Shown here: piece after piece, positions 38,725 to 47,876 of the stretch
Position numbering within the stretch: the stretch's first letter is position 1
How the letters are laid out: the number at the start of each line of letters is the position of its first letter
Assembly: GCA_965116475.1 (NCBI GenBank)
Contig: OZ220691.1
Span: 1,760,001-1,824,000, forward strand
Reading direction: 5' to 3'
DNA from: Gemmatimonadota bacterium
Lineage (GTDB): Bacteria; Gemmatimonadota; Gemmatimonadetes; Palauibacterales; Palauibacteraceae
DNA length: 64,000 nt
Notes under the pieces: generated by a model
Told to the model about the DNA's origin: nothing
What the model saw: the letters and a program-made list of their open reading frames with translations, nothing else
The model's database searches: none
Program-made: the position numbers and the translations under genes

Positions 38725-39596
38725 GCGGGCACGACCCCGTCGGGGTCCGCGGACGACGCGCTCCCTCCGGCCAGTTCGGCCCCGGCCGGCTCCGTCCCCA
38801 GCTTCCAGAGGTCGGGATCGTAGTGCTCGAGGTATTCCTCGCGCGTGATCCAGCCCTTGATCATGGAGCGGGTCATCCAGCGCTTCTCGGGCCGGATGGC
38901 GAAGTAGACGTGGGCGATGACCATCGTGACGAGCACGACCCCGCACAGCCCGTGCAGGACGAACACGAGCCCCCACGTGGAGTCGGAGAGGAAGTACGGG
39001 TTGCTCGCCCAGAACCAGGTGTCGACCCCCACCATCATCAGGAGTCCCGTGACGATGACCCCGCCCGAGACGAGCGTGACGGCGTTGTGGTAGGCCCGCT
39101 GGTCGAGGGGGTACTTGCCCGACCGCTCCTCCTTGGCCGGCTGGCGGCGCAGGAACTTTCCGACCGCCCGGAACGCCTGCCCGATCTCCTTCGTCCCGGT
39201 CCACACGGACCACAGGTCCTGCTTCGTCGTCGCGTGGATGATGTGCCAGATGATGAGGAGGGTGAGGACGATCCCCGCGATCCAGTGGATCGTGACCCAG
39301 GCGAACTGGACGCCGATCACGGGGAAGAACGCCGTGACCAGCAGCGTGAGCATCGTCGCCGCCATGAGCCAGTGGAAGGTCCGGGACGCCTGTGAGTGGC
39401 GCTCCACCCGCTCGGGCACGTCGGGCGCCGCCTCCGGCGCGGTCTTCGGAGCCTTGGGCGCCATGATCCAGACGTACAGGTGGTGTCCGACCACGAACAG
39501 GAAGCCGGCGATGGCGGCGGCCCAGAGCAGATCCCAGGCGACGCCGACGAGTACCTCCTGGCCCCAGGGATTCGGCGCCGTTCTGAGGATCTCCAT
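38721..39596 (-). CDS. Cytochrome b membrane protein, formate dehydrogenase gamma (FdnI)-like
   Basis: TM His residues in RTFHW, TIHW, VLHG and IAHVYFA; RSMIKGWI and EHY C-terminus. Confidence 0.85.
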   Translation of the reverse strand: MEILRTAPNPWGQEVLVGVAWDLLWAAAIAGFLFVVGHHLYVWIMAPKAPKTAPEAAPDVPERVERHSQASRTFHWLMAATMLTLLVTAFFPVIGVQFAWVTIHWIAGIVLTLLIIWHIIHATTKQDLWSVWTGTKEIGQAFRAVGKFLRRQPAKEERSGKYPLDQRAYHNAVTLVSGGVIVTGLLMMVGVDTWFWASNPYFLSDSTWGLVFVLHGLCGVVLVTMVIAHVYFAIRPEKRWMTRSMIKGWITREEYLEHYDPDLWKLGTEPAGAELAGGSASSADPDGVVPA

Positions 39597-40595
39597 TTAG
39601 GCCATGTCTCCCCGCACCGCGCGCCGGACGAGATTCCGCGCGAGCGGCACCTTGTAGTCGTTGTGGCGCAGCGGCTTGAAGCCGCGCGTGGCGAGTTCGC
39701 CGGCCGCCATGCCGGTGTCGTCGTTCGCCGGCATCCCCCGCACGAGGTCCTCGACGGCGGTCAGCCGCACGGGCGTCGGGGCCACGCCGTTGATCGCGAT
39801 CCGGGCGCGCTCGATCGTGCCGTTCGACTCCACGACCGCGGCGGCCACGCTGGCCAGCGCCCAGTCCCACGACTTCCGGTCGCGGACCTTCTCCCAGTAG
39901 AAGCGCGCGCCCGCCCAGTCGCCGGGGATGCGCACGTGCGTCAGGAGATCTCCCGGCTCCAGCACGGTCATGCGCTCGATGTCGATCTCCGGGCCGACGA
40001 AGAAGTCTTCGGCCTCGTAGACGCGCTCGCCGCCGGCGTTCCGCACCATCATCTGCGCGCCGAGCGCGACCAGCGCCCCGGCCGTGTCGGCCCCGTTCAC
40101 CGCCACGCAGCGGCTCTGGCCCGTCACGGCGTGCTCGCGGTTCATGGAGCGGGGCGTCCCCGCGTAGCAGATGTTCCCGCCGGCGCGGTAGCACGGCCAC
40201 CCGCCGCGGTAATACCAGCAGCGGGTGTCCTGGATGAGGTTGCCGCCCAGCGTCCCCTGGTTCCGGATCTGGGGCGTCGCCACCTCGGCGGCCGCGTCCG
40301 CGAGGAGTCCGAAGCGGGCCCGCACGTCTTCACTCGCCACCACGTCGCGCAGCGAGGTCATGGCGCCGATCTCGAGCCCGTCCCCGCTCGCGCGGATGCC
40401 GGTCAGCTCGCTCACGGAGCCCAGCTCGACGACGACGTCGGGCCGCTTGATGCGGTCCTTGAACCAGTCCATCGAGTCGAGGCCGCCGGCCAGGACCCAG
40501 GTGTTGTCGTGGCGCTCGAGCACGTCCAGCGCCTCGTCCACGCTCGTCGGCTGGAAGAGCTCGAACGCGGGCATCATGTCGCGAATCACGGCCAT
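39597..40595 (-). CDS. Xanthine dehydrogenase family FAD subunit (PaoB/YagS-like, with 4Fe-4S insert)
   Basis: LAGGLD, IRNQGTLGGN; Cys insert RCWYYR..PCYRAGGNICYA...RC. Confidence 0.9.
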   Translation of the reverse strand: MAVIRDMMPAFELFQPTSVDEALDVLERHDNTWVLAGGLDSMDWFKDRIKRPDVVVELGSVSELTGIRASGDGLEIGAMTSLRDVVASEDVRARFGLLADAAAEVATPQIRNQGTLGGNLIQDTRCWYYRGGWPCYRAGGNICYAGTPRSMNREHAVTGQSRCVAVNGADTAGALVALGAQMMVRNAGGERVYEAEDFFVGPEIDIERMTVLEPGDLLTHVRIPGDWAGARFYWEKVRDRKSWDWALASVAAAVVESNGTIERARIAINGVAPTPVRLTAVEDLVRGMPANDDTGMAAGELATRGFKPLRHNDYKVPLARNLVRRAVRGDMA

Positions 40596-40608
40596 CGTTC
40601 TATCTCCC

Positions 40609-43005
40609 CTAGCTGTGGATCTCGGTGAGTGCGTGCGGCTGCGCCCGGCCCTCGAGTTCGGCCAGGATCACGTCCGTCGTGAGCGGGATCCGGCACAGGC
40701 AGCGCCCGCCGAGCGCGTCCGCGATCGCGGAGGTGACCGCTGCGGAACCGGCCCCGACCGGGGGCTCTCCGATCCCCTTGGCGCCGATCGGCGTCTGCGG
40801 GTCCGGCTCGCCCGCCGCCGCCCAGTCCATGCTGAGCGGCACGTCGAGGATGCCGGGCGGTCTCGCAGTGTAGAGCCGGTGGGCGAAGGGCACGCCCCAT
40901 TTCGGGTCGTACACCCACTTCTGGCTGCGCGCCTGGCCGAAACCCTGCACGCTGCCGCCGTGGATCTGGGCCGCGAGGCTGCGTGGGTGCACGACGACGC
41001 CGCAGTCGGCGGAGCCCGTGTAGTCGACGATCCTCACGTCGCCCGTCTCGGTGTCGAGTTCGACGACCGCGAAGCCGACGACCCACGACCACGTCGAGCC
41101 CTCGTGCGAGAAGTTGTCCCGGGCGATGCCCATCAGCCCCTGGCCCGCGAGCTGCGTGGCGGAGGCCCGGGTGTAGTCGTTGATGTCCTCCGGCAACTCC
41201 TGGCCGGAGTATTCGCCGCCCATGGCGATGGCGCGCTCCGAGGCCTGCGCGAAGCTCATCGAGCCTCCCGGCCCGGTCACGCGCGCGCCCTCGACCCGGT
41301 ACGCGCTCGCCGAGCCGCCCAGCGTGGCGGCCGCGACCTCCTGCAGCTTCCGCTTCATGTCGAGCGCGGCCGCGTAGTTGGCGCGCGTGTGCGCGTGGAT
41401 CGTCTGGCTCCCCGCCTGCACCGCGCTATGAGGATGATGCTGGGAGCTGTCGCCCCAGATCACCGCGCAGTCGTCCCACTCGAGGCCGAGTTCATCCGCC
41501 GCGGCGCGGGCCGTGTCCGCCATCGAGTGTGTGCCCAGGTTCCCGATCCCCTGGTGGATGTACAGCTTTCCGTCGGGGCGGATGAGGAGGAGCCCGTCGA
41601 ACCCCGACGAACCGCCGACGTACGGGCTCAGACCCACGCCGACCCCCGTCACCTTCGTCCCGTTCCGCTGTCCGCTCAGCGCCTGCTTCCCGGCCCAGTC
41701 GAACTGCGCCGCGCCCGCGTCGATCGCCTCGCGCACGAAGGCGCTCGTCGTCGTGCCCCGCTGCGGCCCGAACTCGGAGTCGTGCGTGGGGGCGTTGATC
41801 TTCCGGATCTCCACCCGGTCGATCCCCAGTTCGCGCGCCGCCTTGTCGACCAGCGGCTCGAGCATGGCGACGATCTGCGCGCCGCCCGGGGCCCGCTGCG
41901 CCGCGCGTGGCGGCGTGTTCGTGTAGACGGTGATGCCCCGGAAACGCATCGCGTCGGGCTGGTACATGAGGTCGGTGACCATGCCGGCCGTGTTGTAGTC
42001 GCCCGAGCGCGAATAGGGTCCGTGGTCCTGGACGATGTAGAGGTCGATCGCGGTGATCTTCCCGTCGTTCCGGAAGCCCATCTTCGCCCAGGTCTGGAAG
42101 CCGGGGCGGGCGCGCCCGATGTAGTTCTCCTCGTAGCGGTTGATCCGCATCATCACCGGCCGCTGGATCTTCTTCGCGAGGAGCGCCGTGACCTGGTAGA
42201 TCGTCGCGCCCCGAATCTTCGACCCGAAGCCGCCGCCGCAGTACTGGCCGACGAACACCATGTCCTCGGGATCGAGATCGAGCTGATTCGCCAGCGCCCG
42301 GTGCGTCTGCTGCGTGCTCTGCGTCGAGCCGTAGAGGTAGCAGCGACCGTCCTCCCAGTACGCCATGGAGCTGCGGGGCTCCATCGGATGGTGCGTCAGC
42401 GACTGGTGCACGACGGTGTCCTCGAGCACGTAATCCGCGGCGGCGAAGCCGGCCTCGAGGTCGCCGTGATCCCAGTTGGTGTCCGGCTCGCCCATGGGCA
42501 GCCGGCCCTCGGCCTCCGCCGCGTCGAACTCCGTCTGCGGCCATTTCAGGGAGACCCATTCCGGCCCGTCCTCGCCGAAGCGTCGGATGTTGCCCTCGAG
42601 ACGGGCATCCGGGCCGCCGGGCCGCAGGCTGTCGAGCGGGTCGATCGCGAACGGGAGCGGCTCGAGGTCGATGTCGATCGCCTCGATCGCGTCCGCCGCC
42701 GTCGTCTCGTCCACCGCCGCCAGCGCGAGGATGGGCTCGCCCACGTACTTCGGCTCATCCGTGAGTGCCGCCTCGCCCGGGGCCTCGGGCTGGTTGACCT
42801 CGCTCGCCCGCAGGATGCCGAGCACGCCGGGCATGGCGAGCGCGCGGCTCGCGTCCACGCTGCGCACGCGGGCGTGCGGCATGGGGCTCAGGAGGAGCTT
42901 GGCGAAGACCATGCCTTCGGCCCGGAAGTCCTCCGCGTACTTCGCCCGTCCCGTGACTTTCGCGCGCAGATCCGGCGGCGAAATGTCCTGTCCGATTAGC
43001 GCCAT
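40609..43005 (-). CDS. Xanthine dehydrogenase family molybdopterin-binding subunit
   Basis: KVTGRAKYAED, HPMEP, GGGFGSK, QIHGGSVQG and GAKGIGEPP motifs. Start ATG 43005. Confidence 0.93.
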   Translation of the reverse strand: MALIGQDISPPDLRAKVTGRAKYAEDFRAEGMVFAKLLLSPMPHARVRSVDASRALAMPGVLGILRASEVNQPEAPGEAALTDEPKYVGEPILALAAVDETTAADAIEAIDIDLEPLPFAIDPLDSLRPGGPDARLEGNIRRFGEDGPEWVSLKWPQTEFDAAEAEGRLPMGEPDTNWDHGDLEAGFAAADYVLEDTVVHQSLTHHPMEPRSSMAYWEDGRCYLYGSTQSTQQTHRALANQLDLDPEDMVFVGQYCGGGFGSKIRGATIYQVTALLAKKIQRPVMMRINRYEENYIGRARPGFQTWAKMGFRNDGKITAIDLYIVQDHGPYSRSGDYNTAGMVTDLMYQPDAMRFRGITVYTNTPPRAAQRAPGGAQIVAMLEPLVDKAARELGIDRVEIRKINAPTHDSEFGPQRGTTTSAFVREAIDAGAAQFDWAGKQALSGQRNGTKVTGVGVGLSPYVGGSSGFDGLLLIRPDGKLYIHQGIGNLGTHSMADTARAAADELGLEWDDCAVIWGDSSQHHPHSAVQAGSQTIHAHTRANYAAALDMKRKLQEVAAATLGGSASAYRVEGARVTGPGGSMSFAQASERAIAMGGEYSGQELPEDINDYTRASATQLAGQGLMGIARDNFSHEGSTWSWVVGFAVVELDTETGDVRIVDYTGSADCGVVVHPRSLAAQIHGGSVQGFGQARSQKWVYDPKWGVPFAHRLYTARPPGILDVPLSMDWAAAGEPDPQTPIGAKGIGEPPVGAGSAAVTSAIADALGGRCLCRIPLTTDVILAELEGRAQPHALTEIHS

Positions 43006-43018
43006 GATCGTCCTCCCC

Positions 43019-43651
43019 TCACACCATGCGCCGCGCGTACTCGGCGGCACGCATGGCGGAGTTCAGGATTTTGTCGTAGTCCCCGCAGCGGCAGAGGTTG
43101 CCGGAGAGGGCCTCGGCGGCCTCCTCGCGCGTGGGCTCCGGATTCTCGTTGGTGAGCGCGACCATGCTCATGATGAAGCCGGGCGCGCAGAAGGCGCACT
43201 GGAATCCGCCCTCGTCGATCACCGCCTCCTGCACCGGGTGCAGCGTGCCGTCCGCGCTCTCGAGCCCCTCGATCGACGTCACCGACCGGTCGCGCACCGC
43301 GTTCGTCAACAGCGAGCACGCGTAGTGCGAGACCCCGTCGATGAGCACCGTACAGGCGCCGCACTCCGCCCTGTCGCACCCGAGCTTCGTGCCGGTGAGT
43401 CCCAGCTTGTAGCGGAGCGTCATGGCCAGCGTCTCCTGCGGCATGACATCGACCGAGCGCGACACGCCGTTCACGTTCAGCGAGATCATGCGGGGCATCG
43501 ACGCCCGCACCGCCGCGCTCGCCGACAGGCTCCGGGCCCGGAAGAGGTGGCTGGAGGAGGAGACCACCGCGCCGGTCGCGATGACCCCCTTGATGAACGT
43601 CCTGCGGGAATGACCGGTTGGGGTCTCGGTCGTGATCTCGGCGTCACTCAT
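43019..43651 (-). CDS. 2Fe-2S subunit with Tat signal (PaoA/YagT-like)
   Basis: SRRTFIK twin-arginine signal; GCDRAECGAC, QCAFC and NLCRC. Confidence 0.92.
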   Translation of the reverse strand: MSDAEITTETPTGHSRRTFIKGVIATGAVVSSSSHLFRARSLSASAAVRASMPRMISLNVNGVSRSVDVMPQETLAMTLRYKLGLTGTKLGCDRAECGACTVLIDGVSHYACSLLTNAVRDRSVTSIEGLESADGTLHPVQEAVIDEGGFQCAFCAPGFIMSMVALTNENPEPTREEAAEALSGNLCRCGDYDKILNSAMRAAEYARRMV

Positions 43652-43792
43652 GGGCGAACCTCAAGCGGGAGACCTTCTTGCGCGTTTGCGTCGCGCTCCC
43701 CGCGTTCCCGCGGGAGACGCAACGATCCACGGTGAATCCTTACATCGACCGCCCCGGGAAACAAGACTGCGCGCCGCGTTCCCGGCGGGTTG

Positions 43793-45898
43793 CTACAGGA
43801 TCCTGAGGAACCGGGGGTCGATGGAGAGGAGGACGACCCAGTTCCCGCCGCTCCCTCCGCGCATCACGTCGAGCCGAAGGATGTCGTAGAAAAGTCCCAG
43901 GCCGAGGCCGGCCGAGGCACGCAGTCCGTCGCTTCCGGCCACGCCGAAGCGGCGGGCGGTGTTCTCCGCGGCCCCGCCGTTGTCGGCCCGGCCCACCGCT
44001 CCGATGGCGCGCAGCCGCACCCACGGAGAGGCGATGGCGCGCGACACCTCGGCGCGCCACAGCGCCATGCGGTCCCCGCCCCAGCCGCGAAACTCGTAGC
44101 CGGGCAGCGAACCGCGCCCCCCGAGCAGGAAGAGCCGCTGGGGCGGCAGCGTGCCGCCCGCGACCCCGAACTCGATCCCGCTCGCCCAGTTCCACGCGCC
44201 GCCCGGGCTCCCCCGGGCCCGCAGCGCGAGCGTGCCGCGCGTGTAGCCGAAGTCCCCGACGCCGCTCGCCGCCGCTTCGCCCCCCAGTTCCAGCCTCCAC
44301 CGCGCGCCGGGCCCGCTGCGGAGTTCCACCGTCAGTCCGGCATCGAGCCGCGCCAGGTCCCCTTCGTCGACCGGGCGCACGGGACGAAGCGGCCGATCTC
44401 CGAACAGCTCGGTCCCGACGACCAGTCCGGCGCTCCGGTGACGCTCGAACGAGGCGCCGGCGCGCCAGCGGACAGGACCCTCGCGGCGGGCGATCCCGAT
44501 CCGTCCGCCGGTCGTCAGGTAGGGGTCCTCGTAGTCCTCTCCGTCGGCGAGGAGGGCGAGCGTACGCAGCACCCCCGCCGCCGCGGTCGGCCCCGCGTCA
44601 CGGTGAGCCCCTAGCCAGCCGGCGACCTCCACGTCGACCACCCCCAGGCCCCGCCGCAACCCGAGGCTCGCCTGCGGCCGGGCCTCCCCGATCGCATGGC
44701 CGCCCACGAACGCGACCCGCGTGAGATCGTCCGGCCGGTAGGCGACACCCGCCCCGACGAACAGCCCCTCGGAACGCCGCGCACGGATTCCCCCCGACGC
44801 GTTCGGAAGCGCGAACTGCCAACCTCGGCCCCCGAGCACGGTTTGCCGCAGCACGAGTTCGCGTGCGTCCGCGACGGCGGCGCCCAGATCGCCGTCGGCG
44901 CTGCCTTCCTCGAGGGGTCCCCCGTACAGCGGGTCCTCCCACGCGTCGAAGCGGGCCAACTCCTCCTCGCGAAGGCTGTAGATGAGGTCTCCCGGCCCGA
45001 GCCCGAAGAGCGCCCCCTCATCGAAGTCGTAGTCGAGGACGCGGAGACGGGTTCGGACGAGCGTCTCAAGCGGGAAGTCGAGCCAGGGAAGCGAGCGCAG
45101 GATCTCGATTTCCTGCTCGTCGGGCAGCCAGTAGCGGCCCTCCTGCAGGGCCGAGCGCAGGTCGACGACGAGCCGCACGATCTGCGGATCGCGATAGGCG
45201 GCCGGGGTGAACGTGAGCCGCAGCCGCGCGATGGCCCCCGTCTCCCGTTCGACGAAGAGCGACCCCACGGCGCCCGCGTCCGTTTCTTCCCGCGGACGGA
45301 CCTCGAGTTCGAAGACCCGCGCGGTTCGGTCGCGGACCCGGATCTCGAGCGAGTCCGCGAGCCGGTATTCGTAAAACTCGCGCGCGCCCGCCCCGGCGGG
45401 GTGAAGCACGTCCCGGATCTCGTGGCCGTCTCCGATCCGGATCCGGTCCCCGAAGTTGTCGAGGACGAGAAAGAGGTGATCGAGGTGATAGTGGATGGTC
45501 GTGGGCAGCCGGAGTTCGTGCCGGCGCCCGACGATGATCTGCATCGAGCGGTCCGGGCGCTGCCAGCGCGCATCCACCGCGATCTGGTCGGCCCGAATGA
45601 CGTGCCGTTCCCCGAGGATGTCGCCGAGGTAGTACACGTGCCCCTGCACGTCGGCCCGAAACCGCTCGAGCGAACTGTCGGCCCAGGCGTGCTGCCGCGC
45701 TTCGATCGCGCGCTCGATGAGCAGAAGCGCCGCCTCGGAGTTCCAGCCATCGGAAGCCCCGGCCCGCGGAACCGCGGCCGGCGATGCGGGGATTTCCTGG
45801 GCTGCGGCCCCGGAGGCGAAGCAGAGCGCCGCCAAGGCGACCGCCGCCGCGGCGGCCACCCGCCGCCCGTCAGCCGAAGAGGTCCTCCTGCCCGTCAT
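43793..45898 (-). CDS. Hypothetical secreted/outer-membrane beta-barrel protein
   Basis: Signal peptide (AAA|QE); C-terminal amphipathic strands with LGGRGSLPGY, reminiscent of the Omp85 loop. Confidence 0.6.
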   Translation of the reverse strand: MTGRRTSSADGRRVAAAAAVALAALCFASGAAAQEIPASPAAVPRAGASDGWNSEAALLLIERAIEARQHAWADSSLERFRADVQGHVYYLGDILGERHVIRADQIAVDARWQRPDRSMQIIVGRRHELRLPTTIHYHLDHLFLVLDNFGDRIRIGDGHEIRDVLHPAGAGAREFYEYRLADSLEIRVRDRTARVFELEVRPREETDAGAVGSLFVERETGAIARLRLTFTPAAYRDPQIVRLVVDLRSALQEGRYWLPDEQEIEILRSLPWLDFPLETLVRTRLRVLDYDFDEGALFGLGPGDLIYSLREEELARFDAWEDPLYGGPLEEGSADGDLGAAVADARELVLRQTVLGGRGWQFALPNASGGIRARRSEGLFVGAGVAYRPDDLTRVAFVGGHAIGEARPQASLGLRRGLGVVDVEVAGWLGAHRDAGPTAAAGVLRTLALLADGEDYEDPYLTTGGRIGIARREGPVRWRAGASFERHRSAGLVVGTELFGDRPLRPVRPVDEGDLARLDAGLTVELRSGPGARWRLELGGEAAASGVGDFGYTRGTLALRARGSPGGAWNWASGIEFGVAGGTLPPQRLFLLGGRGSLPGYEFRGWGGDRMALWRAEVSRAIASPWVRLRAIGAVGRADNGGAAENTARRFGVAGSDGLRASAGLGLGLFYDILRLDVMRGGSGGNWVVLLSIDPRFLRIL

Positions 45899-46253
45899 CG
45901 TCCGACTCCATGACCCGCCGGAGTCTGCCGGCCCAGTACTCGACGTCGAAGCCCTCTTCGTTCTTCAGCATCCGCTTGAGCACCGGGGACAGGTCGCGCA
46001 GCGCGCCCACGAGGTCCTCGGCGATCGAGCCGGCCTCGGCGACCCGGGCCTCGTCCGGGAGCGACGCCATGTCCCGGAGGATGGAAGCCTCGGACCGGGA
46101 CGCCGTGACGGGCTCGGGCCGGCTGGCGACGAAGACCTCCGTCCGCCGGCCGGGTCCCCGATCCTCCTCGATCGGGAGCAGCCCGACGATCTGGTCGGAG
46201 CGCCAGTACTTCGCGTACCCGAGGTGGACCATCCGGTCGCGTTTGATCTCCAC
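45870..46253 (-). CDS. Hypothetical protein, weak RemA/DUF370-like pattern
   Basis: GTG after GGGAGG; VHLGYAKYWRSDQIVGLL...GRRTEVFV. Confidence 0.65.
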   Translation of the reverse strand: MEIKRDRMVHLGYAKYWRSDQIVGLLPIEEDRGPGRRTEVFVASRPEPVTASRSEASILRDMASLPDEARVAEAGSIAEDLVGALRDLSPVLKRMLKNEEGFDVEYWAGRLRRVMESDDDGQEDLFG

Positions 46254-46451
46254 GCCGCCTCCCGTTGAGCCTGTTCCCGCCCCGGAGGTCCTTGAGAAGG
46301 CCTGGGGCGGAGGAACCCGACAGCCAAGGTCTGCCAAGCTCGCGAACGTCCCGTCCGCGCCGCAACACCGCCGCTTGCCGGAACTGGCCGTATCCGCAGG
46401 CCTCCGTTGATTGCCCGTTGATGGCGGGGCGGAGCATGTTCCGCGACACCC

Positions 46452-47804
46452 ATGGCCAGAATACGCACGATCCGTGATCCCCTGTGGGGGAACGTCCGCG
46501 TGGACGGAGACGCGGCCGAGATTCTCGACGCGCCGCAGTTCCAGCGCCTGCGGCGGGTCAAGCAACTCGGCTTCGCGCACCTCGTGTATCCCGGCGGCGT
46601 GCACAACCGCTTCCTGCACGCCCTCGGCGTCTACCATCTCGTGTCGCGGGCCATCTCCCGGCTCGAGCGCGACGGCCACCTCGAGGCGCTGGATGCGGAG
46701 GACATGGCCGAACTGCCGGTCGTTCGTCTGGGCGCGCTCCTCCACGACGTCGGGCACTACGCCTTCTCGCACGCGGTGGAGGAACTGGGTCCGAGCGCGA
46801 TCCCGGGAGACCACGAGGAGATCGCGGCGCGCTTCATGGCGGCGGACCCCATCCGGCGCGTCCTCGAGCGGCACGGCCCGGATGCCCCGGCCCGCATCGG
46901 CGCCCTCATCCGGGGGAAGTCCGGCCACCCGCTGCAGGGGCTGATCTCGGGCTCGCTCGACCTCGACAAGATCGACTACCTCCGGCGCGACTCCCTCTTC
47001 TGCGGCGTGCCGTACGGGGCCGTGGATGTCGACCGTCTCCTTCCCGCGCTCACCGTCGCCCGCGAAGGGGCCGGCCGCCGGCTCGAACTCGCGGTGAGCG
47101 AGAAGGGACTCAGCGCGCTGGAGACGCTCCTCTTCTCGAAGTACCAGATGTTCCGCAACGTCTACTGGCACCACGCCGTGCGCGCGGCGACGCTGACCTT
47201 CGTGCGCCTCGTGCAGACGGCGCTCGACAGCGGCCTGCTCGCGCCCGAGGACCTGGCGGGGCCCAGCGACGAGGAACTGCTGGCGCTCATCGGCCGGCGC
47301 ATTGAACGGTCGTCGCCGGGTCCGGGGTACGACGGCGCGTCCGCCGTCGGCCGGGCCGCGAAGCTGCTGGGGGCGCTCGTCGACCGCCGTCTCCCGAAGC
47401 GGCTCGTGGAGTTGACGGGCGACCAGCTTCCGGACGCGTTGTCGTCGTGGCCCTCGCGGCGCCCGGACCTCGTCGCCGCGCTCGAGCGGCGCATGGCCCT
47501 GGAATGGGGGCTCTCCGAGGGCGCGGTGATGCTCGACTATCCGAGCTACCCGGGCATGCTCGAACTCAACCTGCTCCTCGTGCGAAACGACGGCGAAGTC
47601 CGCCGGCTGACCGCACTGGGGGAGCGGGGGCTCATCGACATCCCCCGGCTCGGGCGTTCGCTGCACCACTCGGCGCGGGTGCTGCGGATCTTCTCCTTCG
47701 AACCTTCCGCTCCGCGCGATCCGAGACCCGTGCTGGCCCTGATCGAAGCCGCGGAGGCGGAAGTGGAGGCGCGGCTCGCGTCGGGAGCGGGCCTCCTGAC
47801 CTGA
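46452..47804 (+). CDS. HD-domain phosphohydrolase (SAMHD1-like dNTPase family)
   Basis: FQRLRRVKQLG, HNRFLHALG, LLHDVGH and DLDKIDYLRRD. Confidence 0.9.
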   Translation: MARIRTIRDPLWGNVRVDGDAAEILDAPQFQRLRRVKQLGFAHLVYPGGVHNRFLHALGVYHLVSRAISRLERDGHLEALDAEDMAELPVVRLGALLHDVGHYAFSHAVEELGPSAIPGDHEEIAARFMAADPIRRVLERHGPDAPARIGALIRGKSGHPLQGLISGSLDLDKIDYLRRDSLFCGVPYGAVDVDRLLPALTVAREGAGRRLELAVSEKGLSALETLLFSKYQMFRNVYWHHAVRAATLTFVRLVQTALDSGLLAPEDLAGPSDEELLALIGRRIERSSPGPGYDGASAVGRAAKLLGALVDRRLPKRLVELTGDQLPDALSSWPSRRPDLVAALERRMALEWGLSEGAVMLDYPSYPGMLELNLLLVRNDGEVRRLTALGERGLIDIPRLGRSLHHSARVLRIFSFEPSAPRDPRPVLALIEAAEAEVEARLASGAGLLT

Positions 47805-47876
47805 TCTGCCCTCGTTCGCGCACAGCCGGGCGCACGCGGTAGGATCAACGGCAGACCACCCGCAAAGGTTTATCCG

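Noticed and set aside
40225..42999. 924-aa plus-strand ORF
   Set aside because: Antisense shadow of the molybdoenzyme subunit genes.
46452..47804. HD dNTPase as an anti-phage system
   Set aside because: There is no defence-island context or compositional anomaly, and housekeeping members of this family are common.
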